This document shows, piece after piece, positions 1-10,034 of a DNA stretch of 64,000 bases. Position 1 is the stretch's first letter. Every line of letters begins with the position of its first letter. This DNA is from an uncultured Gemmatimonadaceae bacterium (GTDB lineage Bacteria > Gemmatimonadota > Gemmatimonadetes > Gemmatimonadales > Gemmatimonadaceae), in assembly GCA_963843845.1 (NCBI GenBank), contig CAWJMB010000003.1:160001-224000 (forward strand). The letters run 5' to 3'. Below the pieces are notes generated by a model. The model saw nothing but the letters and a program-made list of their open reading frames with translations. It was not told the origin of the DNA and searched no databases. The position numbers and the translations under genes are program-made.

Positions 1-139
1 CTCGCGCGCGACGACGCGGCCGAGCGGCTCGCGCGCCCACGCGGCGCGTGCGGAGGCGGGGAGCAGCGCGCCGGCGAGCGCGAGGTGGGCGGCGCAGCCC
101 CCGGCGTGCGCGAGAAAGTCGCGGCGGTCCACGAGCCCG

Positions 140-1054
140 TCAGGCCTTCACGGCCTCGGCCTCGGCGCGGATCGCGATCTGCGCGGTGCGCTCGCGCCGC
201 GACGCCAGGAACAGCGTGGCGGCGGTGTAGAGCACGACGACGACGACGATCCACTTCACCGCGGTGAGTGGCAGCTCCTTCACGAGCAGCCCGGCGATGA
301 GCGCCGCCGGGATCCCGCCGAGCAGCAGGCCGAGCGACGCGCGGACGTCGAACGCTCGCTCGCGTACGAAGCGCGCGCTGGCCGTCGGCATGAGGAACGC
401 GCACGAGCCCATCATGATCGGGAACGCCGCCTTGGGGTTCATGCCGAGCAGGCTGATGAGGATCATGCACGGCGCGTAGAGCCCGATGCCGATCGTCATG
501 AGCGCGCCGAGCGCGAAGTTGCCGACGAGCGCCGCGATGAACAGTCCGCCGTTCAGATCGAGCAGCGTGCCGCCGGTCGGGTCACCGATCGCCGTGCGCC
601 AGGCGAGGATCAGTGCGAGCGTCGTCAGCGCGAACGCCATCCCGAGCTGCACACGCGCCCGCGGCCACTGCGACACCACGCCGGCGCCGAGCCACGCGCC
701 GAGCGCCGCGGTGACGATCATCCCGATCAGCACCTTCGCGCTGACGTCGACGAGCCCCATGAAGATGAACGCCTGCGCGATCGTCGGCAGCACGTGGCCG
801 ACGTTCAGCGTGCCCGGGATGCGCTCGTCGCGCACCATCTTCCACTGCCGGAAGATCGCCGTCGTCGTCGCGAACGACCCGATGCCCAACGTGTCGAAGA
901 AGTTCGTCACGAACCCCGTCGCCACCCCTCCCGCCGTCGGCGTCGTCGGTTCACTCCGCTCGGCGCTCGCCCTGCGCACGCCGGTGACGAGCACGACGAC
1001 GTAGAACAGGCAGAACACGCCGAGCGCGACGAAGAGAATCAGCTTCGCGTCCAT
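140..1054 (-). CDS. TauE/SafE (sulfite exporter, TSUP) family membrane protein
   Basis: Multi-TM hydrophobic ORF starting MDAKLILF; NFFDTLGIGSFA and GALMTIGIGLYAP repeated halves typical of TauE/SafE. Confidence 0.75.
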   Translation of the reverse strand: MDAKLILFVALGVFCLFYVVVLVTGVRRASAERSEPTTPTAGGVATGFVTNFFDTLGIGSFATTTAIFRQWKMVRDERIPGTLNVGHVLPTIAQAFIFMGLVDVSAKVLIGMIVTAALGAWLGAGVVSQWPRARVQLGMAFALTTLALILAWRTAIGDPTGGTLLDLNGGLFIAALVGNFALGALMTIGIGLYAPCMILISLLGMNPKAAFPIMMGSCAFLMPTASARFVRERAFDVRASLGLLLGGIPAALIAGLLVKELPLTAVKWIVVVVVLYTAATLFLASRRERTAQIAIRAEAEAVKA

Positions 1055-1160
1055 GATGGAGGCAGGGGAGGGCGGGGGCGGGGCGCAGGAGGCGCACCGC
1101 ACCATACCACGCGGCGCACGGTCGCGCGACGTCCCGCGCGGCGACGTCCTATCTTGCGGC

Positions 1161-2486
1161 ATGTCACCGACCGCCGAGATCGCGATCGTCGGCGCCGGCA
1201 TCGCCGGCGTCGCTGCGGCCTACCACCTCGCCGTACGCCAGGGTGTGCGGCACGTCGTGCTGATCGACGAGCGCGAGCCGCTGACGCTCACGAGCGCGGT
1301 CGGCACGCAAGGCTATCGCAACTGGTGGCCGGGGCCGGACGACACGATGTGCCGCTTCGTGTCGCGCAGCATCGGCATCCTCGACGAGCTGGCGGACGAG
1401 TGCGACAACGCGTTCCGGCTGTCGCGCCGCGGCTATCTGTTCGCGACGGCGCGCGGCGAGGGCGTCGATGACCTGCGGCGCGCCGCGCGCACGGTGAGCG
1501 CATACGGCATGGGCGAGGTGCGCGAGCACACCGAGTCGCGGACCTACGAGCCCGCGCGCGCCGAGGGCTACGCGGGCGCGCCCGGCGGCGCCGATCTGCT
1601 GACCGGCGACGCGCTCCGCACGGCGTTTCCCTACCTGGCGACGGACACCTCGGGCGCGCTCCACGTGCGCCGCGCCGGGTGGATGAACGCCGTCGCCCTC
1701 GGCGCCTGGATGCTGCGCCGCGCGGTCGGCGCCGGCGTCACCGTCGTGCGCGACCGCGTCGTCGGGATCGACGCGAGCGGTGGCCGCGTGCAGGGCGTGC
1801 GCCTCGCGTCCGGCGCCGCGCTGAGCGTGCCGCGCGTCGTGGTCGCCGCCGGCCCGACGCTCCCCGCGGCGGCGCGGCTGTTGGGCATCGACCTGCCGGT
1901 CCGCCTCGAGCTGCACGCGAAGATGACGTTTCGCGACGTGTACGGCGCGCTCCCGCGCTCGGCGCCGTTCTGCATCTGGAACGACCCGGTCGAGGTGTCG
2001 TGGGCGCCGAACGAGCGCGAGACGTTCGCGGCGGGCGCGCACGTGCGTCCGGTCGACGGCCCCCACGGCGACGAGGCGTGGCTGATCTGGACGTACGACG
2101 ACGTGCCGTGCGAGACGGCGCAGTGGCCGCCGTCGTTCGATCCGCGCCACGGCGAGATCCTGCTGCGCGGCGTCGCGCACATGATCCCCGCCTTCGCCGC
2201 CTACGCCGGCCGCGGCGCCGACGGGGTCGTCGACGGCGGGTACTACTGCAAGACGCCGGAGAACCGTCCGCTCGTCGGCCCGTGCGCCGTCGACGGCGCC
2301 TACCTGTGCGCCGCGTTCTCCGGCTTCGGGATCATGGCCGCGCACGCCGGCGGCGAGCTGCTCGCGGCACACGTCACCGGCGCCCCGCTGCCGGGGTATG
2401 CGGGCGCGCTGCTGCCCGCGCGCTACGACGACGCGGCCTACACCGCGCGGCTCGAGACGTTAGGCACGCGCGTCGGGCAGCTCTAG
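1161..2486 (+). CDS. FAD-dependent oxidoreductase (DAO/sarcosine oxidase family)
   Basis: N-terminal IVGAGIAG Rossmann motif; C-terminal YCKTPENRPLVG and FSGFGIMAAH. Confidence 0.8.
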   Translation: MSPTAEIAIVGAGIAGVAAAYHLAVRQGVRHVVLIDEREPLTLTSAVGTQGYRNWWPGPDDTMCRFVSRSIGILDELADECDNAFRLSRRGYLFATARGEGVDDLRRAARTVSAYGMGEVREHTESRTYEPARAEGYAGAPGGADLLTGDALRTAFPYLATDTSGALHVRRAGWMNAVALGAWMLRRAVGAGVTVVRDRVVGIDASGGRVQGVRLASGAALSVPRVVVAAGPTLPAAARLLGIDLPVRLELHAKMTFRDVYGALPRSAPFCIWNDPVEVSWAPNERETFAAGAHVRPVDGPHGDEAWLIWTYDDVPCETAQWPPSFDPRHGEILLRGVAHMIPAFAAYAGRGADGVVDGGYYCKTPENRPLVGPCAVDGAYLCAAFSGFGIMAAHAGGELLAAHVTGAPLPGYAGALLPARYDDAAYTARLETLGTRVGQL

Positions 2487-2906
2487 GTCGACGTCGAACC
2501 CCCGCGGCGTGAGCGCGAGCGCGGCGAGCGAGATCGTCTCGGCGAACGGCGCGTAGAGCGTGCGGAGGTGCTCGCGGTCGAGCGCCTCGGCGACGAGCAG
2601 CGCGACGGCGGCGGTGGTGACGAGGTACTGCGACGCGACCTCCGGCGGCGCGTCGGCGAGCTGATACCACGGCGTGCCGCGGAACAGCGCGTAGATCTCG
2701 TCTTGCAGCAGCCACATCTCGTCGTCGCGCCGCGTCCGCGCGATCGCCTCGCCGACGGCGTCTTCCGCGGCGTACCACGCGTCGCTGCGCCACCCGCCGT
2801 GTCGCCACGTCTGCACGACGCGCTTGAGCTCGGCGTGACTGAGTCGCGCGACGCGCGCCAGAAACGATTCGATCAGCCGCGTGTTCGGTCCGAGCGCGTG
2901 AGACAT
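2460..2906 (-). CDS. hypothetical protein
   Basis: Protein-like ORF (MSHALGPNTRLIESFL...LYAPFAETI); start uncertain, could extend to 3029. Confidence 0.55.
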   Translation of the reverse strand: MSHALGPNTRLIESFLARVARLSHAELKRVVQTWRHGGWRSDAWYAAEDAVGEAIARTRRDDEMWLLQDEIYALFRGTPWYQLADAPPEVASQYLVTTAAVALLVAEALDREHLRTLYAPFAETISLAALALTPRGFDVDLELPDARA

Positions 2907-3060
2907 GTCCGACGGCGTGGCAAGCGCCGCGCCGTCGCGCTCGCGGCGCACGCCGTGCGTCGGGACGGTCGCCGCGTGCGAGCCGAGGGGCCTCACCGTC
3001 TCGTCCGCCGCTTGACTCGCCGGAGACACGCGCCTAACATGTCGTCCACAACTGAAGTGC

Positions 3061-3112
3061 TCGTGGTGATTTGCCGCCTATTGCAGCCACGTTAAACAAA
3101 TGCTAAAACGCG
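3061..3112 (+). ncRNA. SAM-II (SAM_alpha-like) riboswitch aptamer
   Basis: TCGTGGTGATTTG..TTGCAGCCACGTTAAACAAATGCTAAAA matches the SAM-II pattern (CGTGG/CCACG P1, TTGCA, GCTAAA); lies upstream of metX-metB. Confidence 0.85.
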
Positions 3113-3151
3113 ACACGCCCGGCGGCTGTACTCGCCCGGGCGTTTGTCGTT
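3111..3151 (+). terminator. GC-rich hairpin directly after the SAM-II aptamer (possible expression platform)
   Basis: CGACACGCCCGG...CCGGGCGTTTGTCG inverted repeat with a short T tract. Confidence 0.4.
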
Positions 3152-3243
3152 GGTAGCCGGTGCGCCCCGCGCGCGCCGGACTGCCGACTCAGCAACGGTC
3201 CTGTCGCAGGCGGCTCGTCCTCGGAATCGGCGTGGAGACGGGC

Positions 3244-4242
3244 ATGCAGTGGAGCGAACGGACGACCGGCGGCGTTGCAGCTGCCGAGCGAGCGGTGTGC
3301 GACCGCGACGAGCGCGGGGGCGACGAGCGCGGGCGCGACGTGTGGTGGGAGGTCGTCGGCCCGGCCGGCGCGCCGCTCGTCGTCGCGTTGGGCGGGATCT
3401 CCGCCACCCGTCACGCCTGCGCGACGGCGAGTGACCCGAGCCCCGGCTGGTGGGAACGGATCGTCGGCCCCGGCCGCGCGATCGACGTCACGCGCTACCG
3501 CGTGCTGGGGATCGACTGGCTCGACGGCGGGCGCGGCGCCGACGGCCGCGCGACGCACGTCGTCACCACGGACGACCAGGCCGCCGCCGTCGTCGACGCG
3601 CTCGACGCGCTCGGCGTTCGCCGAGCCCACGCGGTCGTCGGGGCATCGTACGGCGGCATGGTCGCACTCGCTCTCGCGTCGCGGTTCGGCGAACGCGTCG
3701 CGCATCTCGTCGTCATCAGCGCCGCGCACGCGCCACACCCGATGAGCACCGCGCTGCGCGCGATCCAGCGGCGCGTCGTCGCGCTGGGGCTCGAGACCGG
3801 GCGCGCCCACGACGCGCTCGCGCTCGCCCGCATGCTCGCGATGACGACCTACCGCGGTGCGCAGGAGTTCGGCGAGCGCTTCGACGTGACGCCCGACGCG
3901 ACGAGCGGGGGATGGGCCACGTTCCCCGTCGAGCGGTATCTCGCGCACCGCGGTGAGGCGTTCGCGACCCGCTGGTGTCCGGCGCGCTTCCTCGCGCTCT
4001 CGCTCTCCGCCGACCTGCACCGCGTCGACCCGGCCACGGTCCGCACGCCCGCGCTCCTCGTTGCAGCTGACGGCGACACGATCGTCCCGGGCGGCACGAT
4101 GGCCGAGCTCTCCGCGCGGCTCGGCGCGCCGAACGACTTCGTGACGCTCCCGACCCGCTACGGGCACGACGCCTTCCTGACCGAGCCGGCGCGCGTCGGC
4201 CGCCTGCTCGACACCGCACTCACGACCTGGAGCGCTCGATGA
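3244..4242 (+). CDS. metX: homoserine O-acyltransferase (MetX family, alpha/beta hydrolase)
   Basis: LGGISA, GWWERIVGPG, GASYGGM nucleophile elbow, YGHDAFL. Confidence 0.88.
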   Translation: MQWSERTTGGVAAAERAVCDRDERGGDERGRDVWWEVVGPAGAPLVVALGGISATRHACATASDPSPGWWERIVGPGRAIDVTRYRVLGIDWLDGGRGADGRATHVVTTDDQAAAVVDALDALGVRRAHAVVGASYGGMVALALASRFGERVAHLVVISAAHAPHPMSTALRAIQRRVVALGLETGRAHDALALARMLAMTTYRGAQEFGERFDVTPDATSGGWATFPVERYLAHRGEAFATRWCPARFLALSLSADLHRVDPATVRTPALLVAADGDTIVPGGTMAELSARLGAPNDFVTLPTRYGHDAFLTEPARVGRLLDTALTTWSAR

Positions 4243-5475
4243 CCACGCCGCGTATCCCCCGTGCCGCGACGCGCGCCGTGCGCGCCGGCATCGCCACCGA
4301 TCTGCACCACGGCGCCGTCGTGCCGCCGCTCCACCTGTCGTCGACGTTCGCCTTCGCCGGCTTCGGCGAGAAACGTCCGTACGACTACACGCGCAGCGGC
4401 AACCCGACGCGCTCGCACCTCGCCGACGCGCTGGCCGAGCTCGAAGGCGGCGTCGGCGCCGTCGTCACGAGCACGGGGATGTCGGCCGTCGCGCTCGTGC
4501 TGCACCTGCTCTCGCCCGGAGATCTGGTGCTGGCAGCGCATGATTGCTACGGCGGCACGCACCGCCTGCTGACGGCGCTCGCCGGCCGCGGCCACTTCGA
4601 CGTCGCGTTCGTCGATCTCACGGCGACCGCGTCGGCCGAAGCGGTCATCGCCGCCCGGCGCCCGCGCCTCGTGTGGGTCGAGACGCCGAGCAACCCGCTG
4701 CTGCGCATCACCGACATCGGGCGCGTCGCCGCCGCGTCGCACGCCGTCGGGCGCGCTCGTCGTGGTCGACAACACGTTCCTCTCGCCGGCGCTCCAACAG
4801 CCGCTCGCGTTGGGCGCCGACGTCGTCGTCCACTCGACCACGAAGTACCTGAATGGGCACAGCGACGTCGTCGGCGGCGCGGTGATCGCGAACGACGCGG
4901 CGCTCGCCGAATCGTTGGGGTGGTGGGCGAACTGCCTCGGCGTGACGGGGGCGCCGTTCGACAGCTATCTCACCCTCCGCGGCGTGCGCACGCTGCACGC
5001 GCGCCTCGCGCAGCACCTCGCCAACGCGGAGGCGGTCGTCGATGCGTTAGGCCGGCACGACGCGGTGGCGCGCGTGTACTACCCCGGGCTCGCGTCGCAC
5101 CCCGGCCACGCGACGGCGCGCGCCCAGCAGCAGGGCTTCGGCGCGATGGTGAGCTTCGAGCTGCGCGGCGGGCCGGCGGCGGCCGAGCGCTTCTGCGCTG
5201 CGCTCCAGTGCTTCACGCTCGCCGAGTCGTTGGGCGGCGTCGAGAGCCTCGTCGCGCACCCCGCGACGATGACGCACGCGTCGATGGGTGCGGCGGCGCG
5301 GGCGGCGGCCGGGATCGGCGACGCGGTGCTTCGGCTGTCCGTCGGCATCGAGTGCGCGGACGATCTCGTCGACGACCTCGAGCGGGCCCTCGACGCGGCG
5401 TCCGCGCGAGCGACGCCGCCGCGCGCGATCGTTCCGCGTGTAACGCAGTGTGCCGGTCCGTTCACGCTTCGGTGA
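4239..5475 (+). CDS. metB: cystathionine gamma-synthase; frameshift near 4750
   Basis: YDYTRSGNPTR and VETPSNP in one frame; DNTF, HSTTKYLNGHSDV (PLP Lys) and AESLGGVESL in the next. Confidence 0.88.
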
Positions 5476-5580
5476 CGATCGTCCCCGCTGCCGCCCGGGC
5501 GGTCGCCGTCTCCCGCTGCATCGCCGCGATCGTCGCGGGACCGCACCCGACTCGTCGGCGTGGGATCGGCCGCCGGGGCG

Positions 5581-5862
5581 TCAGGCCACGCGGACGCCGC
5601 GCCAGAAGGCGACGTACCCGGCGATCTCTTTCGCCGCATCGCTCGGCGCCGGGTAGTACCACGCCGCGTCGCGGTTCGTCTCGCCCTCGACGACGACGTC
5701 GTAGTAGCTCGCGACGCCCTTCCAGGGACACGTCGTGTGCGTCGCGCTCGCCACGAGGTGCTCGTGCCGCACGGCCTCGGGCGGAAAGTACTGGTTTCCC
5801 TCGACCACCCGCGTCGCGTCGCTCTCGGCGATCACGACGCCCTTCCACGTCGCTGTCGGCAT
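5581..5862 (-). CDS. DUF427 family protein
   Basis: VEGNQYFPP, TTCPWKGVASYY, AAWYYP, IAGYVAFW. Confidence 0.88.
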   Translation of the reverse strand: MPTATWKGVVIAESDATRVVEGNQYFPPEAVRHEHLVASATHTTCPWKGVASYYDVVVEGETNRDAAWYYPAPSDAAKEIAGYVAFWRGVRVA

Positions 5863-5955
5863 GCCTCTCCTGGCGTTCGATGTGCGTTAGGCGCGTCGTG
5901 CCCCGACGACGCGCGTCGCGCGTGACATTCCGGACTTGCGACGCGCGACACGATA

Positions 5956-5973
5956 TGTAACGTCCGGTTGACA
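5956..5973. promoter_or_regulatory. PpsR/CrtJ box upstream of the hemE operon
   Basis: TGTAACGTCCGGTTGACA is a perfect TGT-N12-ACA. Confidence 0.75.
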
Positions 5974-6040
5974 CTTCCGACGTCCCTGACGTGACCCGCC
6001 GCGCCCGTTCGCGTGGCCGCGCCCCTCCCACGCCCGCCGC

Positions 6041-7144
6041 ATGACGCTCGCCGCACCGCCCGCCGCACCGCCCGCCGCACCGCCCGCCGCTCACGCCGGA
6101 CCGTTCGCCCGCGCCGCGCGCGGCCTGCCGACCGACTACACGCCCGTGTGGTTCATGCGGCAGGCGGGGCGCACGCTCCCCGAGTACCGCGCGCTCCGGG
6201 AGCGGTGGACGCTGCTCGAGATGTGCGCCGACCCCGCGCTCTGCGCCGAAGTCACGTTGCAGCCGATGCGCCGCATGCCGCTCGACGCCGCGGTCATGTT
6301 CGGCGACATCATGCTGCCGCTCGTCGGCGTCGGGATCGGGCTCGACATCGTCGAGAAGATCGGCCCCGTCATCGCCGAGCCGATCCGCGACATGCGCGGC
6401 GTCGAGCGGCTGCGCGACCTCGAGCCGGAGCAGGACGTCGCGGCCGCGCTCGACGCCGTGCGCATCGTCCGCGCCGAGCTGGCGCCGGAGCGCGCGGTGC
6501 TCGGCTTCGCCGGGGCGCCCTTCACGCTCGCCTCGTACCTGATCGAGGGACGCCCGACGCGCGACTTCGTGAAGACGAAGGCGATGATGTACGGGCACCC
6601 CGAGATGTGGGACGCGCTCATGACGCGGCTCGCGCGCATCGCGACGTCGTTCCTCCGCGCGAACGTCGCCGCCGGCGCCGCCGCCGTGCAGCTGTTCGAC
6701 AGCTGGGTCGGGGCGCTGAGTCTCACCGACTACCAGCGCTACATCGAGCCGTACACGCGGCGCATCTTCGCCGACCTGCGCGACCTCGACGTGCCGCTCG
6801 TGCACTTCGGGACGGGCACGGCGCATCTGCTCGAAGCGATGGCGACGGACGGCGCGACGGTCATCGGACTCGATTGGCGCGTGCCGATCGACGACGCCTG
6901 GGCGCGGATCGGGCCGGAGCACGGCGTCCAGGGCAACCTCGACCCGGTCACGTTGTTCGCCCCGCCGGACGTCGTCGAAGCGGCGGCGATCGACATCCTC
7001 GAGCGCGTCGGCAGTCGCCACGGCCACGTCTTCAACCTCGGCCACGGCCTGCTCCCCGAGACGCCGCTCTCGAACATCGAGCGGCTCGTCGACGTCGTCC
7101 ACGAACGGAGCGCGGCGATGCGAGCGCAGCATGGCGTCGCCTGA
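6041..7144 (+). CDS. hemE: uroporphyrinogen decarboxylase
   Basis: PVWFMRQAGRTLPEY, GFAGAPFTLASY, QLFDSW, QGNLDP, FNLGHG. Confidence 0.96.
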   Translation: MTLAAPPAAPPAAPPAAHAGPFARAARGLPTDYTPVWFMRQAGRTLPEYRALRERWTLLEMCADPALCAEVTLQPMRRMPLDAAVMFGDIMLPLVGVGIGLDIVEKIGPVIAEPIRDMRGVERLRDLEPEQDVAAALDAVRIVRAELAPERAVLGFAGAPFTLASYLIEGRPTRDFVKTKAMMYGHPEMWDALMTRLARIATSFLRANVAAGAAAVQLFDSWVGALSLTDYQRYIEPYTRRIFADLRDLDVPLVHFGTGTAHLLEAMATDGATVIGLDWRVPIDDAWARIGPEHGVQGNLDPVTLFAPPDVVEAAAIDILERVGSRHGHVFNLGHGLLPETPLSNIERLVDVVHERSAAMRAQHGVA

Positions 7145-8087
7145 CGGGTCGGGCGCCGCGCCGCTGCGGTTGGGCACCCGCGGCAGCGCGCTCGCGCTCG
7201 CCCAGGCGAACACCGTCGCCGGCCTGCTCCGCGCGCTCGGGGCGGCGGTCGATCTCGTCATCATCACGACGCAGGGCGACGTCCGCACCGACGTCCCGCT
7301 CGCGACGTTGGGCGGCGTCGGCGTGTTCGCCGCCGAGTTGGAGACGGCGCTGCGCCGCGGCGAGGTCGACCTCGCCGTGCACAGCGCGAAAGACCTGCCG
7401 TCGACGCTGACCGCGGACATGGCGCTCGCCGCGTTTCTCCCGCGCGTCGACGTGCGCGACGTGATCGTGTCGCGCGGCGACGTCTCGCTCGCCCGGCTGC
7501 CGCACGGCGCGGTCGTCGGCACGAGCAGTCCGCGCCGCGCCTGCCAGCTCCGCGCCGCGCGCCCGGACCTCGCGCTCCGCGACATCCGCGGCAACGTCGA
7601 CACGCGCCTTCGCAAGCTCGACGCGGGCGACTACGACGCGATCGTCCTCGCCGCCGCCGGCCTCACGCGACTCGGCCTCACCGACCGGATCAGCGAGCGC
7701 CTCACGTTCGACGTCATGCTGCCGGCGCCGGGACAGGGAGCGATCGCGATCGAGACGCGGGCCGACGACGCCCGCACACAGACCGCCCTCGCGCCGCTCG
7801 ACCACCGCGAGACCCGCATCGCCGTCACGGCCGAGCGGGCGTTCCTCGCGCGGTTGGGCGCCGGGTGCGCGGCGCCCGCCGCCGCGTACGCGGTGATCGA
7901 CGGCGACACGCTGCGCATGGAAGGGATGATCGGCTCGGCCGACGGCGACACCGTCCGGGCCTCGCGGACCGGCGCGCCCGACGCGCCGGCCGCACTCGGC
8001 GCCGCGGTCGCCGAGGCGCTGATCGCGGACGGCGGCGACGCCCTGCTCGCGCTGGCTGGCCTGCGTGACCGCGCCGTCGTCGCCTGA
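7131..8087 (+). CDS. hemC: hydroxymethylbilane synthase (PBG deaminase)
   Basis: GTRGSALALAQ, AVHSAKD, GTSSPRR, IRGNVDTRL, PAPGQGA, LGAGC. Confidence 0.96.
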   Translation: MASPDGSGAAPLRLGTRGSALALAQANTVAGLLRALGAAVDLVIITTQGDVRTDVPLATLGGVGVFAAELETALRRGEVDLAVHSAKDLPSTLTADMALAAFLPRVDVRDVIVSRGDVSLARLPHGAVVGTSSPRRACQLRAARPDLALRDIRGNVDTRLRKLDAGDYDAIVLAAAGLTRLGLTDRISERLTFDVMLPAPGQGAIAIETRADDARTQTALAPLDHRETRIAVTAERAFLARLGAGCAAPAAAYAVIDGDTLRMEGMIGSADGDTVRASRTGAPDAPAALGAAVAEALIADGGDALLALAGLRDRAVVA

Positions 8088-8108
8088 CGCGTCGCGCGCC
8101 GCGAGGCG

Positions 8109-8982
8109 ATGACGGCGGCCGGAGTCGACGCAGCGATGTCGCCGCACGCCGAGCCGCCGCACGCCGAGCCGCCGCACGCCGAGCCGCCGCACGCCGAGCC
8201 GCCGGACGCCGGGCGTGCGGCCGGCGCCGATGCGGCGCCACTCGCCGGGCGCACCATAGCCGTCGCCCGGTCGCGGGACGGTGCCGCGCCGCTGATCGCC
8301 GCGCTCGAAGCGCTGGGCGCGAGCGGTGCTCGCGGCGCCGGCGATCCGGATCGTGCCGCCGCCGTCGTACGACGCGCTCGACGGTGCGCTCGCCCGCGTC
8401 GCGTCGTTCGACTGGGTCGCGTTCACGAGCGCGAACGGGGTCGCCGCGGTGGCGACGCGGCTGGACGCGCTGGGCGCCTCGCTCGACGGCGTTCGTGTCG
8501 CGGCGGTCGGCGGCGCGACGGCCGACGCGGCGCGGCGCGCGTTCGGACGGTGCGACCTCGTCCCCGCCCGGCAGACGGCGGACGGTCTCGCTGCCGCGCT
8601 CCCGCGGCCCTTCAACGCGCGCGTGCTCTTTCCCGGCGCCGACCGCGCGCGCGACGCGCTGCCGATGGGGCTCCGTGCCCGCGGCGCCCGCGTCACGCAG
8701 GTGACGGCCTACCGCACCGTGATCGCGCCCGACGCGCTGCACGACATCGCCGCGCGCGCCGCCGCCGGCGCCGTCGACGCGATCCTGCTGTCGAGTCCGT
8801 CGGGCGTCGAGGCGCTCGCCGACGCGTTGCGCAGGCTCGACGCGGCGCCGCCGCGTCTCGTCGCGATCGGCCCGGCGACGGCCGGGTCGTGCCGCGATCA
8901 TGGGTTCACGGTCGCTGCGGTCGCCGCCGCGCCGACGGACGACGCGCTCGTCGCGGCGGTCCGCGCCTGTTTCGCCGCCTAA
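8109..8982 (+). CDS. hemD: uroporphyrinogen-III synthase; frameshift near 8320
   Basis: PLAGRTIAVAR in one frame; FDWVAFTSANGV, AVGGATA, AYRT, AIGPATA in the next; position between hemC and hemB. Confidence 0.88.
8141..8205 (+). repeat. 15-bp tandem repeat (about 4 copies, encodes PHAEP)
   Basis: GCCGCACGCCGAGCC repeated. Confidence 0.9.
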
Positions 8983-9005
8983 CGTTTCCTTCCGCCTCCT
9001 CGACG

Positions 9006-10034
9006 ATGGCGACTTCGTTTCTCTCCGCCGCGCCTCCGGCGCGCGATAGTGCCGACCCGCGCGGTGCGATCGGCCGCCTGCGCAAGCACCCCGTCGCCCG
9101 GCAGATGCTCGCCGAGACCGTGCTGCGTGCGGATCAGCTCATCCTGCCACTATTCATCCGCGCCGGGGCCGACGCGGTCGTCCCGATCACGTCGCTCCCC
9201 GGCCAGTCGCAGTGGACGGTCGACCGACTCGACGCGGAGCTCGACGAGATCGTCGCGTCGGGCATCCGCTCGGTGCTGCTCTTCGGTCTCCCGGCGTCGA
9301 AAGACGACGAGGGAAGCGGCGCGTGGGACGCCGACGGACCGGTGCCGCAGGCGATCCGCCGCGTCAGGGACCGGGCGCCGGGGCTGCTCGTCATCGCCGA
9401 CGTCTGCCTCTGCGAGTACACCGCGCACGGCCACTGCGGCCCGCTCGACGGCGACTGCGTCGACACGCACGCCGCGTTGCCGCTGCTCGCGCGCACGGCG
9501 GTCGCGTACGCCGACGCCGGCGTCGACGTCGTCGCGCCGAGCGCCATGATGGATGGACAGGTCGCGGCCATCCGCGGCGCCCTCGACGAGGCCGGGCACC
9601 GCGACGTGCCGATCCTCTCGTACTCGACGAAGTACGCGTCGGCGTTCTACGGGCCGTTCCGCGACGCCGTCGCGTCGGCGCCCGCGTTCGGCGACCGCGC
9701 CGCGCACCAGCTCCCGCCGGCGAGCGCGCGCGAGGCCGTGCGCGAGTCGCTGCGTGACGTCGACGAGGGGGCCGACATGCTGATGGTGAAGCCGGCGGGG
9801 GCGTACCTCGACGTCATCCAGCGCATCCGCCAGGAGACGCGCCTTCCGCTCGCCGCCTACCAGGTCAGTGGCGAGTACGCGATGCTCAAGGCCGCCGCGG
9901 AGCGCGGGTGGCTCGACGAGCGGCGCGCCGTGCTCGAGTCGCTGATCGCGATCCGCCGCGCCGGCGCCGATCTCGTCATCACCTACTACGCGAAGGACGT
10001 CGCACGCTGGCTGCGCGAGGATGCGGACCGATGA
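9006..10034 (+). CDS. hemB: porphobilinogen synthase (Zn-type)
   Basis: DVCLCEYTAHGHCG, APSAMMDG, KYASAFYGPFRDA, MVKP, AYQVSGEYAM. Confidence 0.96.
   Translation: MATSFLSAAPPARDSADPRGAIGRLRKHPVARQMLAETVLRADQLILPLFIRAGADAVVPITSLPGQSQWTVDRLDAELDEIVASGIRSVLLFGLPASKDDEGSGAWDADGPVPQAIRRVRDRAPGLLVIADVCLCEYTAHGHCGPLDGDCVDTHAALPLLARTAVAYADAGVDVVAPSAMMDGQVAAIRGALDEAGHRDVPILSYSTKYASAFYGPFRDAVASAPAFGDRAAHQLPPASAREAVRESLRDVDEGADMLMVKPAGAYLDVIQRIRQETRLPLAAYQVSGEYAMLKAAAERGWLDERRAVLESLIAIRRAGADLVITYYAKDVARWLREDADR

Noticed and set aside
5462..7615. Long antisense or alternative-frame ORFs (for example 717 aa here, 826 aa at 50935, 993 aa at 53412)
   Set aside because: These are Arg/Ala-rich shadows of real genes, expected in high-GC DNA.
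8109..10034. Apparent HemD-HemB fusion (641 aa)
   Set aside because: It is caused by the hemD frameshift; hemD stops at 8982 and hemB has its own ATG at 9006.
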